Assembly: GCA_042570305.1 (NCBI GenBank)
Contig: JBHPGP010000001.1
Span: 828-64,827 of the forward strand
DNA length: 64,000 nt
Direction: 5' to 3'
Source: Candidatus Omnitrophota bacterium
GTDB lineage: Bacteria > Omnitrophota > Gorgyraeia > Gygaellales > JAHJCI01
Part shown: positions 23,405-32,973 of the stretch, piece after piece
Numbering within the stretch: the stretch's first letter is position 1
Layout: every line of letters starts with the position of its first letter
The notes under the pieces: generated by a model
The model's database searches: none
The model's input: the letters and a program-made list of their open reading frames with translations, nothing else
What the model was told of the DNA's origin: nothing
Program-made: the position numbers and the translations under genes

Positions 23405-24607
23405 ATGCCTTTATATGCCAGTGTGGGGGTAAGCTTTAATAAAGAGTACAAATCTGCGATTGCCGAGGCCGCCTCTCAGGCAAAGACTGACCTTAAGCAA
23501 AATAATATTTCCCTGGCTATAGTGCTCACCTCTTTTGACTTTGCCTTTCCTTATGTATTAAAGGCGATTGGCAGCCTTATAGGAGAAAACGTCCCTTTAA
23601 TCGGGACAACCAGTAATGCCATCCTGACAAAGGACGGAGCCCACCGCCATGCAGTAGCGATAATGCTGATCAGCACAGAAGACGCTTACTGTAATACCGC
23701 CGCCATCAAGGATATCTTAATAGACCTCTACGCAGGAGGCGACCGGCTGGGAAAACAATTATTATTCGGCATGAAAGAATTCCAACGGCGCTTCTGCCTC
23801 TTTTTCTCCGATGGGATGATCATGGACAGCCTCCCCCTCCTAAAAGGACTGCAGCAGAGATTAGGCATCAGCTTCCCGATAATAGGGGCCACCGCCGCCT
23901 CCGATGATATCCAGGCAAAGAAAACCCATCAGTACTTTAACCAGAGGGTATTAAATAGCTCGATTGCCGGACTGCTCTGGGCCGGTAAAATAAATTTTGG
24001 CGTGGGCATAAAACACGGCTGGAAGCCTCTCGGCAAGCCCCGCCGGGTCAACCTTGCGGATAAAACCGTCATTAAGGAAATTGAAAACAGGCCTGCTGTA
24101 TCGTTATATCAGGATTATTTTGCCAAGGACACAGCGGAATTAAGAAAGGAATTAAAACGCATATCCTGCCTGTATCCCGTGGGAATAAATATTTCAGGAG
24201 AAGAAGAATATCTCCTCAGGAACATCCTCTCCATAGAGGAAGACGGCTCGTTAGTCTGCAGGGGCGATGTGCCCGTAGGCAGCAGGGTCAGATTGATGAT
24301 TGCCACTAAAGAATCGTGCCTGGCCGCTACAGAAGAGGCCGCTCAAGACGCAAAACAGGCTTTTGCGATGCGCACATTCCCCAAACAAGAACCGATAAAC
24401 GCGATACTGGTATTTAATTCCGCTTCGAGGCTATACCTGCTGGGCAGGCAAATTACCAAGGAATTGGAAATTATCAAATCGCATTTCCCGGATACGCCGA
24501 TTATGGGCCTTTGCACTTTCGGTGAGCAGGCGCCTTTAAAGGCAACTGATTTCGCAGGCAAAACCTACTGCCATAACCAAACTATCGCTATCATAGCAAT
24601 GGGCTAA
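23405..24607 (+). CDS. FIST-domain sensor protein (FIST_N + FIST_C)
   Basis: 400 aa with typical FIST layout and motifs (...IVLTSFDF...PLIGTTS...; C-terminal GLCTFGEQAP). Confidence 0.7.
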   Translation: MPLYASVGVSFNKEYKSAIAEAASQAKTDLKQNNISLAIVLTSFDFAFPYVLKAIGSLIGENVPLIGTTSNAILTKDGAHRHAVAIMLISTEDAYCNTAAIKDILIDLYAGGDRLGKQLLFGMKEFQRRFCLFFSDGMIMDSLPLLKGLQQRLGISFPIIGATAASDDIQAKKTHQYFNQRVLNSSIAGLLWAGKINFGVGIKHGWKPLGKPRRVNLADKTVIKEIENRPAVSLYQDYFAKDTAELRKELKRISCLYPVGINISGEEEYLLRNILSIEEDGSLVCRGDVPVGSRVRLMIATKESCLAATEEAAQDAKQAFAMRTFPKQEPINAILVFNSASRLYLLGRQITKELEIIKSHFPDTPIMGLCTFGEQAPLKATDFAGKTYCHNQTIAIIAMG

Positions 24608-24609
24608 AG

Positions 24610-26109
24610 ATGAACCCGTACCCGTTCTACATACTTGGCACTGTAAGCATGCTCACGATAGCCGTCTTGAGTTTCATCCTGATACTCAAAACGGAAAGGA
24701 TAAGAAAGCTGACTTCCAGCGTCAAGCGCTTGCAGAATTCGCTCGAACAAATGGACGAACAGGCAAAGTTGATTGTGCGTACGGACCTTGAATTAAATAA
24801 AATCCAGGAGGAACTGGATAAAAAAATCTCCGGTCTTTACACGCTGCAGAAGCTCTCGCGCGCCTTTGCCTCCACGCTGGATGAAAAAGAAATATTAAAC
24901 CAGATCGGACCTGAATATATCGAAGAGCTCGGGATGCAGAAGGCTCTCGGTTTTATCTGGCAAGACAGGGAAAAGCGCTTTCTGCAGGGGCTGACGATCG
25001 GCTATAACCGGCAGGAGCTTGATAATATTATGCTGCAGGTCAATAAAAAACAAGGCCTTTATCTAAAAATAATCGAGCAGGAAAAAACCCTTTCATCGCG
25101 AATCGCTGATGCTGCGCCTATCTCTGCGGAGGAGATAAAAAGCGTATTCCGGGTAAAGGCCTTCTGCATCTCTCCCATCCTGCCCAAAGAGGGCGCTCAT
25201 GGATTTCTCTTTGTGGGCACGGACTCAGAAGAAATTCCCATAACCGAAGGCGACGAAGAGCTGATTACGATTCTCGGACGCTCTATCGGACAGGCATTCG
25301 AGAATGCAAGGCTTTTTGAGGCAAGCTGGCACGCTCAGCAGGAACTGGAAAAAAGGGTCGAGCAGAGAACCCAGGAATTAACCGCGGTGGTCAAGGAATT
25401 AAAAAACGTAAGTAAAAGAAAGAGTGATTTCGTTTCCGCCGTCTCTCATGAATTGAGGACGCCGCTTACCTCTATTAAAGGATACGCCGCCATTCTACTC
25501 AGCAAAAATCTGGGCGAGATACCCGAACCGATAAAGGAAAGGCTGGAAAGAATTAACCGGCACAGCGACGAATTGGTGCATATGGTCAATGACCTCTTGG
25601 ACATCAGCCGGCTGGAATCCGGTCGCATCGTTATGAAAAAGCAGTCCTGTAATCTGAAGGGGCTTGTGGAAGGCATAATGGAACTTCTCTCTGTTCAGAT
25701 AAAGCAAAAAGACATCGCCTTCTCGGCAGAGATTCCGGCCCAGCTTCGCGTCCTGGTGGATAAAAGCCAGATCGAGCGGGTATTTGTCAATCTCATCGGT
25801 AATGCGGTGAAATTTACTCCTGAAAAGGGAAAGATTGCCTTAACCGCGCGGCCGACGGATAATTTCGTGCAGGTAGATATTTCAGATAGCGGCATCGGCA
25901 TACCTAAAGAGGCGCAGGAAACCATATTCGAGGAATTTTATCGCGTGGATAATTCCATTAACGAACAGGTAAAGGGTACGGGCCTGGGCTTAAGCCTGGT
26001 CAAGAACATTATCGAGGCACACCAGGGCTCAATCTGGATAAAAAGCGAAACGGACGCCGGCTCGACCTTCAGCTTCCTTTTGCCTCTCGCAGATACCGGT
26101 AAAGGATAA
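24610..26109 (+). CDS. Membrane-anchored sensor histidine kinase (coiled-coil/GAF-like region, HisKA, HATPase_c)
   Basis: H-box SDFVSAVSHELRTPLTSIKGYA, N-box NLIGNAVKFT, and G-boxes DSGIGIP and GTGLGLS. Confidence 0.9.
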   Translation: MNPYPFYILGTVSMLTIAVLSFILILKTERIRKLTSSVKRLQNSLEQMDEQAKLIVRTDLELNKIQEELDKKISGLYTLQKLSRAFASTLDEKEILNQIGPEYIEELGMQKALGFIWQDREKRFLQGLTIGYNRQELDNIMLQVNKKQGLYLKIIEQEKTLSSRIADAAPISAEEIKSVFRVKAFCISPILPKEGAHGFLFVGTDSEEIPITEGDEELITILGRSIGQAFENARLFEASWHAQQELEKRVEQRTQELTAVVKELKNVSKRKSDFVSAVSHELRTPLTSIKGYAAILLSKNLGEIPEPIKERLERINRHSDELVHMVNDLLDISRLESGRIVMKKQSCNLKGLVEGIMELLSVQIKQKDIAFSAEIPAQLRVLVDKSQIERVFVNLIGNAVKFTPEKGKIALTARPTDNFVQVDISDSGIGIPKEAQETIFEEFYRVDNSINEQVKGTGLGLSLVKNIIEAHQGSIWIKSETDAGSTFSFLLPLADTGKG

Positions 26110-26112
26110 AAT

Positions 26113-27039
26113 ATGCCAGTAAAAATTCTGATTGTTGACGATGACCCGGATATACGGGATGTATTAAAATTGACTCTTGCCGAGGAAAATTACACTATCC
26201 TGGAGGCTGCTGACGGAGAGGAGGCGCTCAAAATCATCACCAGCAAGCCGTTAGACCTGGTGCTTCTGGATTATAAAATGCCGAAAGTCGACGGTAGACA
26301 GGTAGTGCAGCGGGTAAAAGAGGACTTGTTGCTGCGGCACCTGCCGATTATCATGGTCACCGGCAAGCGCGAATTACAGGATAAGGTCGTCGGCCTGGAT
26401 TCCGGTGCCGATGACTATATTACTAAGCCGTTTGAACCCAAAGAACTACTGGCCCGTATCCGTATGACTTTAAGGCGCACTGAAAGGGATTTAGAGGCCA
26501 ATCCGCTGACCAAGCTGCCGGGTAATGTCTCCATACTCAATGAGCTCTCCCTGCGCCTGGAAAGCAATGCCCTGTTTGCGGTTGCCTATATTGATTTGGA
26601 TAAATTTAAAAGCTACAACGACAAATACGGCTTTGAGCTGGGAGATGAAGTCATCCGAGAAACCGCGCGCATATTAATCAAAACAGTGCATGAACAGGGC
26701 AACCCCGGTGACTTTATCGGGCATATCGGAGGAGACGATTTTGTAGTGATCACCACCCCGGAGAAGGTAGACGGCATCTGCAAACAGGTGATTGCAGAGT
26801 TCGGGGCAAGGTCGCCTTCCTTTTACAATGAAAGCGACAGGCAAAAGGGTCATATTATTTCTCAAAACCGCAAGGGTCAGGAGGAAGAGGTTTCCCTGCT
26901 TTCTGTGTCAATAGGCGTGGTTACCAACGCATCCCGCAAGATAACTCATGTTGCCGAGATCGGAGAAATAGGTGCGGAATTAAAGGGTTATGCCAAATCC
27001 CTGGAAGGCAACAGCTACATCAAGGACAAGCGCGCATAA
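26113..27039 (+). CDS. Response regulator with REC + GGDEF-family domain (signature GGDDF)
   Basis: REC region: ILIVDDDPDI...DLVLLDYKMPKVDG...TGK. Output domain: NPLTKLPGN...YIDLDKFKSYNDKYGFELGDEVI...GHIGGDDFVVI. Confidence 0.85.
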   Translation: MPVKILIVDDDPDIRDVLKLTLAEENYTILEAADGEEALKIITSKPLDLVLLDYKMPKVDGRQVVQRVKEDLLLRHLPIIMVTGKRELQDKVVGLDSGADDYITKPFEPKELLARIRMTLRRTERDLEANPLTKLPGNVSILNELSLRLESNALFAVAYIDLDKFKSYNDKYGFELGDEVIRETARILIKTVHEQGNPGDFIGHIGGDDFVVITTPEKVDGICKQVIAEFGARSPSFYNESDRQKGHIISQNRKGQEEEVSLLSVSIGVVTNASRKITHVAEIGEIGAELKGYAKSLEGNSYIKDKRA

Positions 27040-27045
27040 AGATTC

Positions 27046-28266
27046 TTAGAGCGATAAATTAGCTTTAATAAATTTTGCTATTCGGTTTGTACCTTCGGTA
27101 ATATTGTCCATCGAAGTAGCGTAAGAAAACCTCAAATAGGCATCTGCTCCGAATGCCCCTCCGGGCACTACTGCTACTCGGGCCTGAGAAAGCAGTATAT
27201 CAGCAAAGGTAAAGGAATCCCGGATTGCCTGATTTTTATAATCCCTGCCCAGAATTCTGGAAATATCCGCAAAAACATAAAAGGCGCCCTGCGGCTTCAG
27301 GCAGGAAAAGCCATTGATGCTGTTCAGGCGCTCGGTTATACAGTCCCTGCGCTTGCGGAATTCCCCCACCATATTTTTAACCTCCGCTTGCGGGCCGCAT
27401 AAAGCGGCAATCGCTGCCTTTTGAGAAATGGACGACGGGTTAGAGGTAGAGTGACTCTGCAAATTTGCCATTGCCTGGATTACGCCTGTTGGTCCGGCGG
27501 CATAACCGATTCTCCAGCCGGTCATGGCATAGGTTTTGGAAACTCCGTTTACCACAATAGTCAGGTCTTTAATCTTCTCGCCCAGCGAGGCAATACTGAC
27601 ATGCTGCTGATTATCGTAAATAATCTTCTCATAGATTTCGTCTGACAGGCAAAAAACATTATTTTCTTCGAGAACCTTGGCTAGTACCTCTAGCTCTTCT
27701 CTTGTATAAACGCAGCCCGTAGGATTAGAGGGGGAATTAAGGATTAAGAGTTTTGTTTTGGGAGTGAGTGCCTTGTTTAACTGTTTGGGAGTTATCTTAA
27801 AGTTATTGTCCTGCCCTGTTTCTAAAACAACTAATTTTGCGCCTGCTGCCCTGACCATTTCCGGATAACTCACCCAGTAAGGCGAAGGCAAAATTACCTC
27901 GCTGGCTTCATCGCACAATGCTAGAATGGCATTAAAAAGAGAGTGCTTTGCGCCGCAGGAAACCAGAATCTCTTCCGGCTTATATTCAAGGCTGTTATCG
28001 CTCTTAAATTTTTCACGGATGGCGCCTTTTAATTCCTTGATTCCGGAGCTGGGGGTATATTTGGTAAATCCTTCGTCTAAGGCGCGCTTGGCTGCTTGCT
28101 TAATATGCTCTGGCGTATCAAAATCCGGTTCTCCGGCGCCAAAGCCGACAACGTCAATCCCTTCGGCCTTCATCGCCTTTGCCTTGGCAGTAATCGCCAA
28201 AGTCGCTGAGGCACCGATCTGGCTTATTCTCTTCGATAGAAGCATTTTTCTTGTCATCTTCTTCAT
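27046..28266 (-). CDS. PLP-dependent class I aminotransferase (aspartate aminotransferase-like)
   Basis: 406 aa. GAGEPDFDTPEHI, NSPSNPTG and SKTYAMTGWRIGY (PLP lysine). Confidence 0.85.
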   Translation of the reverse strand: MKKMTRKMLLSKRISQIGASATLAITAKAKAMKAEGIDVVGFGAGEPDFDTPEHIKQAAKRALDEGFTKYTPSSGIKELKGAIREKFKSDNSLEYKPEEILVSCGAKHSLFNAILALCDEASEVILPSPYWVSYPEMVRAAGAKLVVLETGQDNNFKITPKQLNKALTPKTKLLILNSPSNPTGCVYTREELEVLAKVLEENNVFCLSDEIYEKIIYDNQQHVSIASLGEKIKDLTIVVNGVSKTYAMTGWRIGYAAGPTGVIQAMANLQSHSTSNPSSISQKAAIAALCGPQAEVKNMVGEFRKRRDCITERLNSINGFSCLKPQGAFYVFADISRILGRDYKNQAIRDSFTFADILLSQARVAVVPGGAFGADAYLRFSYATSMDNITEGTNRIAKFIKANLSL

Positions 28267-28301
28267 AGTACACCTTTATTATACATAAAAATAACGGCCG
28301 G

Positions 28302-29339
28302 TCAAATAATCAGTGTGGCATCTCCAAAGCTGTAGAATCTGAAATTTTTTTTCATCGCGTATTGGTACGCCTTACGCACCAGCCCGATGCCGGCAAAGGC
28401 ACTGACCATAATCAGATTGGTAGAATGCGGCAGATGAAAATTAGTCAATAGCGCCTCTACCATCTTGAATTTATACCCGGGATAAATATAAAGTCCGGTT
28501 TCTGCCTGCCCGGGCCTTACTTGGTAAGGGCCATGCTGATTTTTAAAGCTTGCTGCCTCAAGGGCACGGGCCACTGTAGTGCCTACAGCAATTATCCTCC
28601 TGCCCTGCACCTTGGCTCTGTTGATGCTGTGACAGGAATGAGAATCTATCTCGTAGAATTCTGATTCCATGCGGTGAGCTCGGATATCCGCAGTCTTTAC
28701 CGGGCGAAAGGTTGCCAATCCACAATGGAGCGTGATATAAACAATCTCTGTCCCGCTGGAAATTAATCTGGCAAGTAACTCTTTGGTAAAATGCAGCCCT
28801 GCAGTCGGAGCGGCAACCGCACCCTCCTTTTGCGCATAAACAGTCTGATAGGCATCGGGCTGCCTGAGTTCTTTTTTGATGTAGTGCGGCAGGGGCATGC
28901 TGCCGTATTGATGCATCAGATCTTGGATATCCGCAGCGGAAAATCTTATCAGGCGGCCGCCGCAAGGAGTCTTAGCTTGAATTTCTGCAGAGAATCTGCC
29001 TTCGGCAAATGATATCTTCTCGCCGGGTAAGGCCTTTTTTGCCGGCTTGACCAAAGCCTCCCAGGTCTCCGGGTCTTTTTCCTTTAAAAGCAGTATCTCT
29101 AATTTCCCGCCTGTCTTTCTACGGGCAAATAATTTTGCCGGCAGGACGCGCGTATTATTGAGAACAAGCAGGTCGCTGCGTTTGATGGATTTAACTATGT
29201 CTTTAAACACTGCCTCCTGCAGGCTCTTCTTCTTCCTGTTTATCAGGAGTATTCGGGATTCGTCTCTATGCGCAACTGGCTCTTGGGCTATTAACTGGCG
29301 GGGTAAAGAAAATTCAAATTGCGTAAGTTTGAATTTCAC
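28302..29339 (-). CDS. queA: S-adenosylmethionine:tRNA ribosyltransferase-isomerase
   Basis: FEFSLPRQLIAQEPVAHRDESRIL..., LHFTKELL and TVGTTVARALE, typical of QueA. Confidence 0.9.
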   Translation of the reverse strand: MKFKLTQFEFSLPRQLIAQEPVAHRDESRILLINRKKKSLQEAVFKDIVKSIKRSDLLVLNNTRVLPAKLFARRKTGGKLEILLLKEKDPETWEALVKPAKKALPGEKISFAEGRFSAEIQAKTPCGGRLIRFSAADIQDLMHQYGSMPLPHYIKKELRQPDAYQTVYAQKEGAVAAPTAGLHFTKELLARLISSGTEIVYITLHCGLATFRPVKTADIRAHRMESEFYEIDSHSCHSINRAKVQGRRIIAVGTTVARALEAASFKNQHGPYQVRPGQAETGLYIYPGYKFKMVEALLTNFHLPHSTNLIMVSAFAGIGLVRKAYQYAMKKNFRFYSFGDATLII

Positions 29340-29372
29340 GGCTAAATCAGGGGTTTTACTGGAATCAAGAGG

Positions 29373-30275
29373 CTATTGCCTGCAGGATGCTTCATTCGGG
29401 ATAAGCATTTTCAGGGCCTGAAGATATTTCTGGGTTGTCTTTAAAACAACCTCCTGCGGCAATTCAGGGGCAGGAGGAGTTTTATCCCAGTCCAGGCCCT
29501 CTAAATAATCCCGTACGAATTGCTTATCAAAACTCGGCTGAGCCCTGCCCGGGGTATATTCATCTTTTGGCCAGAAGCGCGATGAGTCTGGGGTGAGTAT
29601 CTCGTCGATCAGCATAATGCGCTTGTCGTATATGCCGAATTCGAATTTTGTATCGGCGATAATTATGCCTTTGCCAAGCGCGTAACTGCTGGCTTTTTCA
29701 TAGAGCTTTAGGCTAATCTCCTTGAGCTTTAAGGTAATGTCCCTGCCGATCTCTTGCTCGACATAATCCTGCGAGACATTGATATCGTGTCCCTTGTCCT
29801 CTTTTGTCGCAGGCGTAAAAATGGCGTGGGGCAATTTATCTGATTCCCTCAAGCCTGCCGGTAACTTTATCCCACAGATGGATTGCGTCTTTTGATACTC
29901 CTTCCAGCCAGAGCCGGATAGATAGCCCCGGACCACGCATTCAACCGGCATGGACTTTGCCTTTTTCACCAGCATTGAGCGCCCGACAATATCCTGGCTG
30001 TATTTTAATAATTCCTTAGGGCAGGCATTGATATCGGCGGTAATCAAATGATTGGCAACGATCTCTTTGGTAAATGCGAACCAGAACAGGGAAAGCCGGG
30101 TTAAAACCTCTCCCTTCTGGGGAATAACTGTAGGCAGGATAACGTCAAAGCAGGAAATGCGGTCGGTGGAAACAATTAACAGTTTATCCCCTAAATCGTA
30201 GACGTCCCTGACCTTGCCCCTTTTGAAAAGCTGAACATCGCTAAACTGGGTTGAGCGTAGTGCTTGAACTGTCAT
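29373..30275 (-). CDS. purC: Phosphoribosylaminoimidazole-succinocarboxamide (SAICAR) synthase
   Basis: LFKRGKVRDVYDLGDKLLIVSTDRISCFDV... The ATG at 30275 is preceded by GAGGGA. The track GTG at 30290 overlaps the pckG stop. Confidence 0.88.
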   Translation of the reverse strand: MTVQALRSTQFSDVQLFKRGKVRDVYDLGDKLLIVSTDRISCFDVILPTVIPQKGEVLTRLSLFWFAFTKEIVANHLITADINACPKELLKYSQDIVGRSMLVKKAKSMPVECVVRGYLSGSGWKEYQKTQSICGIKLPAGLRESDKLPHAIFTPATKEDKGHDINVSQDYVEQEIGRDITLKLKEISLKLYEKASSYALGKGIIIADTKFEFGIYDKRIMLIDEILTPDSSRFWPKDEYTPGRAQPSFDKQFVRDYLEGLDWDKTPPAPELPQEVVLKTTQKYLQALKMLIPNEASCRQ

Positions 30276-30286
30276 AAGATTATCCC

Positions 30287-32164
30287 TCACTTATCTTTAA
30301 ATGCGGTCGGTGCAACATAGCTTCCGAATTGCTTCTCTGCTTCTTTCAGTCTCTTTTCCTGTTCTTGCAAAACGCTGAAGAAGATATCTGGCACTTGCGA
30401 GGCCTCCTGTCGATAAAGCTGGTTTATCCTCTCCAGTTTCTTGAGGTTCTGGGCTACCCTGAGGCTGAATTGTTCTAGATAGTCCTTTTTAGTATAATCT
30501 TGTGCCAGCACTTTGCGAAATAACTTTTTAAGGTCCGGGTATTTAGGCAGAAACCCAATCGGAGTTTTTATTGCCCGCACACCGCGATGAGCCCTTAATT
30601 CCATCCATTTCAACCAGACCCGCTTCTCTTGCCTGCCGGTTAAGTAATCGCCGTCTTTGCCCTTAAGAAAATAATTCACTGCGAATATCAAGGGTATATT
30701 TTTCAAATCCTTGGCAAAATCAAGATAATTCGTTATATACCTGCCCAACGGAATAGAGAGAAAATCAAGATTCGCCATTGGGTTAAATTTTCTGACTCCT
30801 TCTTTACCCAGGGTAGCAGCGGTAGTCTCTGATTCTAGGGACGCAGCCATAGTTATAATCCCGTGCGTCCAATCAAAACTCTCGCATACCAGAGGCCAGG
30901 CATCAGAATCCCTGCCTCCATAAATTATTCCTTCGACCTTAACTCCGCCGGGATTCTCTAATTCCGGGTCACAATTCTTCAGGGCGCTTAAGGCTAAGGT
31001 AAATCTGGCATTTGGATGCGCATAGGGAACGGAGTTGCCCTTCTCGTCCTTTTTGTCCTTGAACCACCTGCCCGAAAAATTTACCCCTTCCTCAGGAGTC
31101 TTCCTGCCGTCTCCCGGCCAATGGGGAACGCCGTCTCTAACCAGGATATTAGAAAAGATTACTTCGCCAGGAGTATTCAATGCCTCCCAGATTAAGGGGT
31201 CGTCCTGGCTATTCACATCTTTAATTATGCCGAATATGCCTCTCTCCACGTTAACGGCGAATACGCTGCCGCTCCTCTTTCTTAAATAGGCAATATCGTC
31301 TCCGAGTATGGTCTCGCCCCTGACCATACAGGTAGAGGTTTTTCCGCAGAGGCTGGGGAATGCTCCGGTAAAATAGGTCTTGCGGTTATTCGGGCCATGC
31401 ACCCCCATAGCAAACATATGCTCAGCCAGCCAGCCCTGTTTATCCGCCTGCCTGATTGCCAGCCTTAAAGCCAATTTTTTCAGTCCGACGGTGTTGCCTG
31501 CGTATTGGGTATTCACGCTATAGACAATATTGTCTAAAAAATCAATATAAATCCTTCTTTTATCTACGTTCCTGCTTACATTATTTTCTAATTCACCGGC
31601 TGAATGCACATATTTAAAAAATTTGACATCCGGACCCTTCTTCTTAAATACGTTATAGGCAGGCCGGTAAAGGATATCCTCCGAATGCGCAACATAAGCA
31701 GAATCAGTAATCTGCACGGCATAAATAGAGAATTCCGATTCCAGTGGCCCCAGGCAGAAGAATGCAACAAACATCTCTTTGCCCTGCATAATATTGGCCA
31801 GCAAGCGCTGCATCTCCTCCAGGCCGGCCTCCCTGCCAATGCAATTAAGGCCCGAGCCTAAATTGATTTCCTTGGTAACAAGGAATTTGGTGTTTCCTTT
31901 ATCCCGGCCCTGGTCAAGGTATCCGTCGAAATGAAAGGTATGCCCCCTGGTTTTCAGCCTTGTTTCGCCTCCCAGGGCAATCGCCTTGTCTCTTTTATAC
32001 TGGATGTCTTGCGCAGAATCGGTGCGCACAAAAACCGAGGCGGGATTGCACAGCTTGACATACTGGGCAATAAAATCGAGCAGCGCCTGGTTATTCAATG
32101 CAAGCAGCTTTTCGTAATTACCCTGACCGCATTTGGCCTTGAGTAATGTTATATTTGTTTCCAT
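30287..32164 (-). CDS. pckG: Phosphoenolpyruvate carboxykinase (GTP)
   Basis: 625 aa. GAFPSLCGKTST kinase-1a-type motif and overall GTP-PEPCK layout. Confidence 0.88.
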   Translation of the reverse strand: METNITLLKAKCGQGNYEKLLALNNQALLDFIAQYVKLCNPASVFVRTDSAQDIQYKRDKAIALGGETRLKTRGHTFHFDGYLDQGRDKGNTKFLVTKEINLGSGLNCIGREAGLEEMQRLLANIMQGKEMFVAFFCLGPLESEFSIYAVQITDSAYVAHSEDILYRPAYNVFKKKGPDVKFFKYVHSAGELENNVSRNVDKRRIYIDFLDNIVYSVNTQYAGNTVGLKKLALRLAIRQADKQGWLAEHMFAMGVHGPNNRKTYFTGAFPSLCGKTSTCMVRGETILGDDIAYLRKRSGSVFAVNVERGIFGIIKDVNSQDDPLIWEALNTPGEVIFSNILVRDGVPHWPGDGRKTPEEGVNFSGRWFKDKKDEKGNSVPYAHPNARFTLALSALKNCDPELENPGGVKVEGIIYGGRDSDAWPLVCESFDWTHGIITMAASLESETTAATLGKEGVRKFNPMANLDFLSIPLGRYITNYLDFAKDLKNIPLIFAVNYFLKGKDGDYLTGRQEKRVWLKWMELRAHRGVRAIKTPIGFLPKYPDLKKLFRKVLAQDYTKKDYLEQFSLRVAQNLKKLERINQLYRQEASQVPDIFFSVLQEQEKRLKEAEKQFGSYVAPTAFKDK

Positions 32165-32185
32165 TGATAATCCCCTTATTTTTAG

Positions 32186-32264
32186 TGGCGGGCCCGACGG
32201 GATTTGAACCCGCGATCTTCAGATCGACAATCTGACGTGTTAGACCAAGCTACACCACGGGCCC
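32186..32264 (-). tRNA. tRNA-Asp (GTC), CCA encoded
   Basis: The reverse complement is GGGCCCGTGGTGTAGCTTGGTCTAACACGTCAGATTGTCGATCTGAAGATCGCGGGTTCAAATCCCGTCGGGCCCGCCA. The anticodon loop is TTGTCGA. Confidence 0.88.
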
Positions 32265-32295
32265 GGATTTTGCTGATTGAGTTCTCGTATTATGC

Positions 32296-32372
32296 TGGTG
32301 GGCGGTAGAGGACTCGAACCCCTGACCTCGTGAATGTAAGTCACGCGTTCTAACCAGCTGAACTAACCGCCC
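32296..32372 (-). tRNA. tRNA-Val (TAC), CCA encoded
   Basis: The reverse complement is GGGCGGTTAGTTCAGCTGGTTAGAACGCGTGACTTACATTCACGAGGTCAGGGGTTCGAGTCCTCTACCGCCCACCA. Confidence 0.88.
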
Positions 32373-32441
32373 TTTAATGTAATGCAATATTATAAAATAT
32401 AAAGGCGGTGTAGTCAATTAGATTTCAATAAAGAGAGGGGA

Positions 32442-32870
32442 TTATTTGTAGTAGTCTACTCCGCGCAGAATAAATTGTTCATCCATGCGCTTAGGGGCAA
32501 AAAACCTGCGGCAAAAAAGTTTGGCCTTGCCAATATCGAATTCTTTACAGCAGTATATATCGATAGAAATAAAATTCTTCGGCGTGAGGGTATGGATAAC
32601 CACGGAGCTCTCTACAAGGGGAGCCCACCCGGAAAGCCCGGCTTTATCCGGAAAGCGTTCATCGGGAGTGCGGAATATATTAGGCGGCGCCTGCTTCTCC
32701 ATACCAAGATAACCGACAATTTCGTCTAAGAATTGATAGCATAGCGTCAAATCGTCGCAAGCCCCCTTGCGGCAATCGTATAAATCCAAAAGCAGCTCAA
32801 ATCCGAAGGCTGCCTCTTTTGCGGCTGATTTAATATTCGCCTTAACCTCTTGAGCACCCGCATTTAACAT
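32442..32870 (-). CDS. speH: S-adenosylmethionine decarboxylase proenzyme (small bacterial/archaeal class)
   Basis: GFELLLDLYDC... and LVESSVVIHTLTP, the ES/S self-cleavage site pattern. Confidence 0.75.
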   Translation of the reverse strand: MLNAGAQEVKANIKSAAKEAAFGFELLLDLYDCRKGACDDLTLCYQFLDEIVGYLGMEKQAPPNIFRTPDERFPDKAGLSGWAPLVESSVVIHTLTPKNFISIDIYCCKEFDIGKAKLFCRRFFAPKRMDEQFILRGVDYYK

Positions 32871-32973
32871 CTTTTATGCTCCTTATAACCACAAGATAAT
32901 GTGGTATTATAATTATATTAATACTACGGATATTATGGTAGAAATTTTAAAAAATGCAAGTATTTTTTTATTT

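Noticed and set aside
28558-28965. 135-aa alternative-frame minus-strand ORF inside queA. A similar case is 31588-31839 inside pckG.
   Set aside because: They are out-of-frame overlaps within well-supported conserved genes, with Arg/Cys/Pro-rich composition typical of spurious frames.
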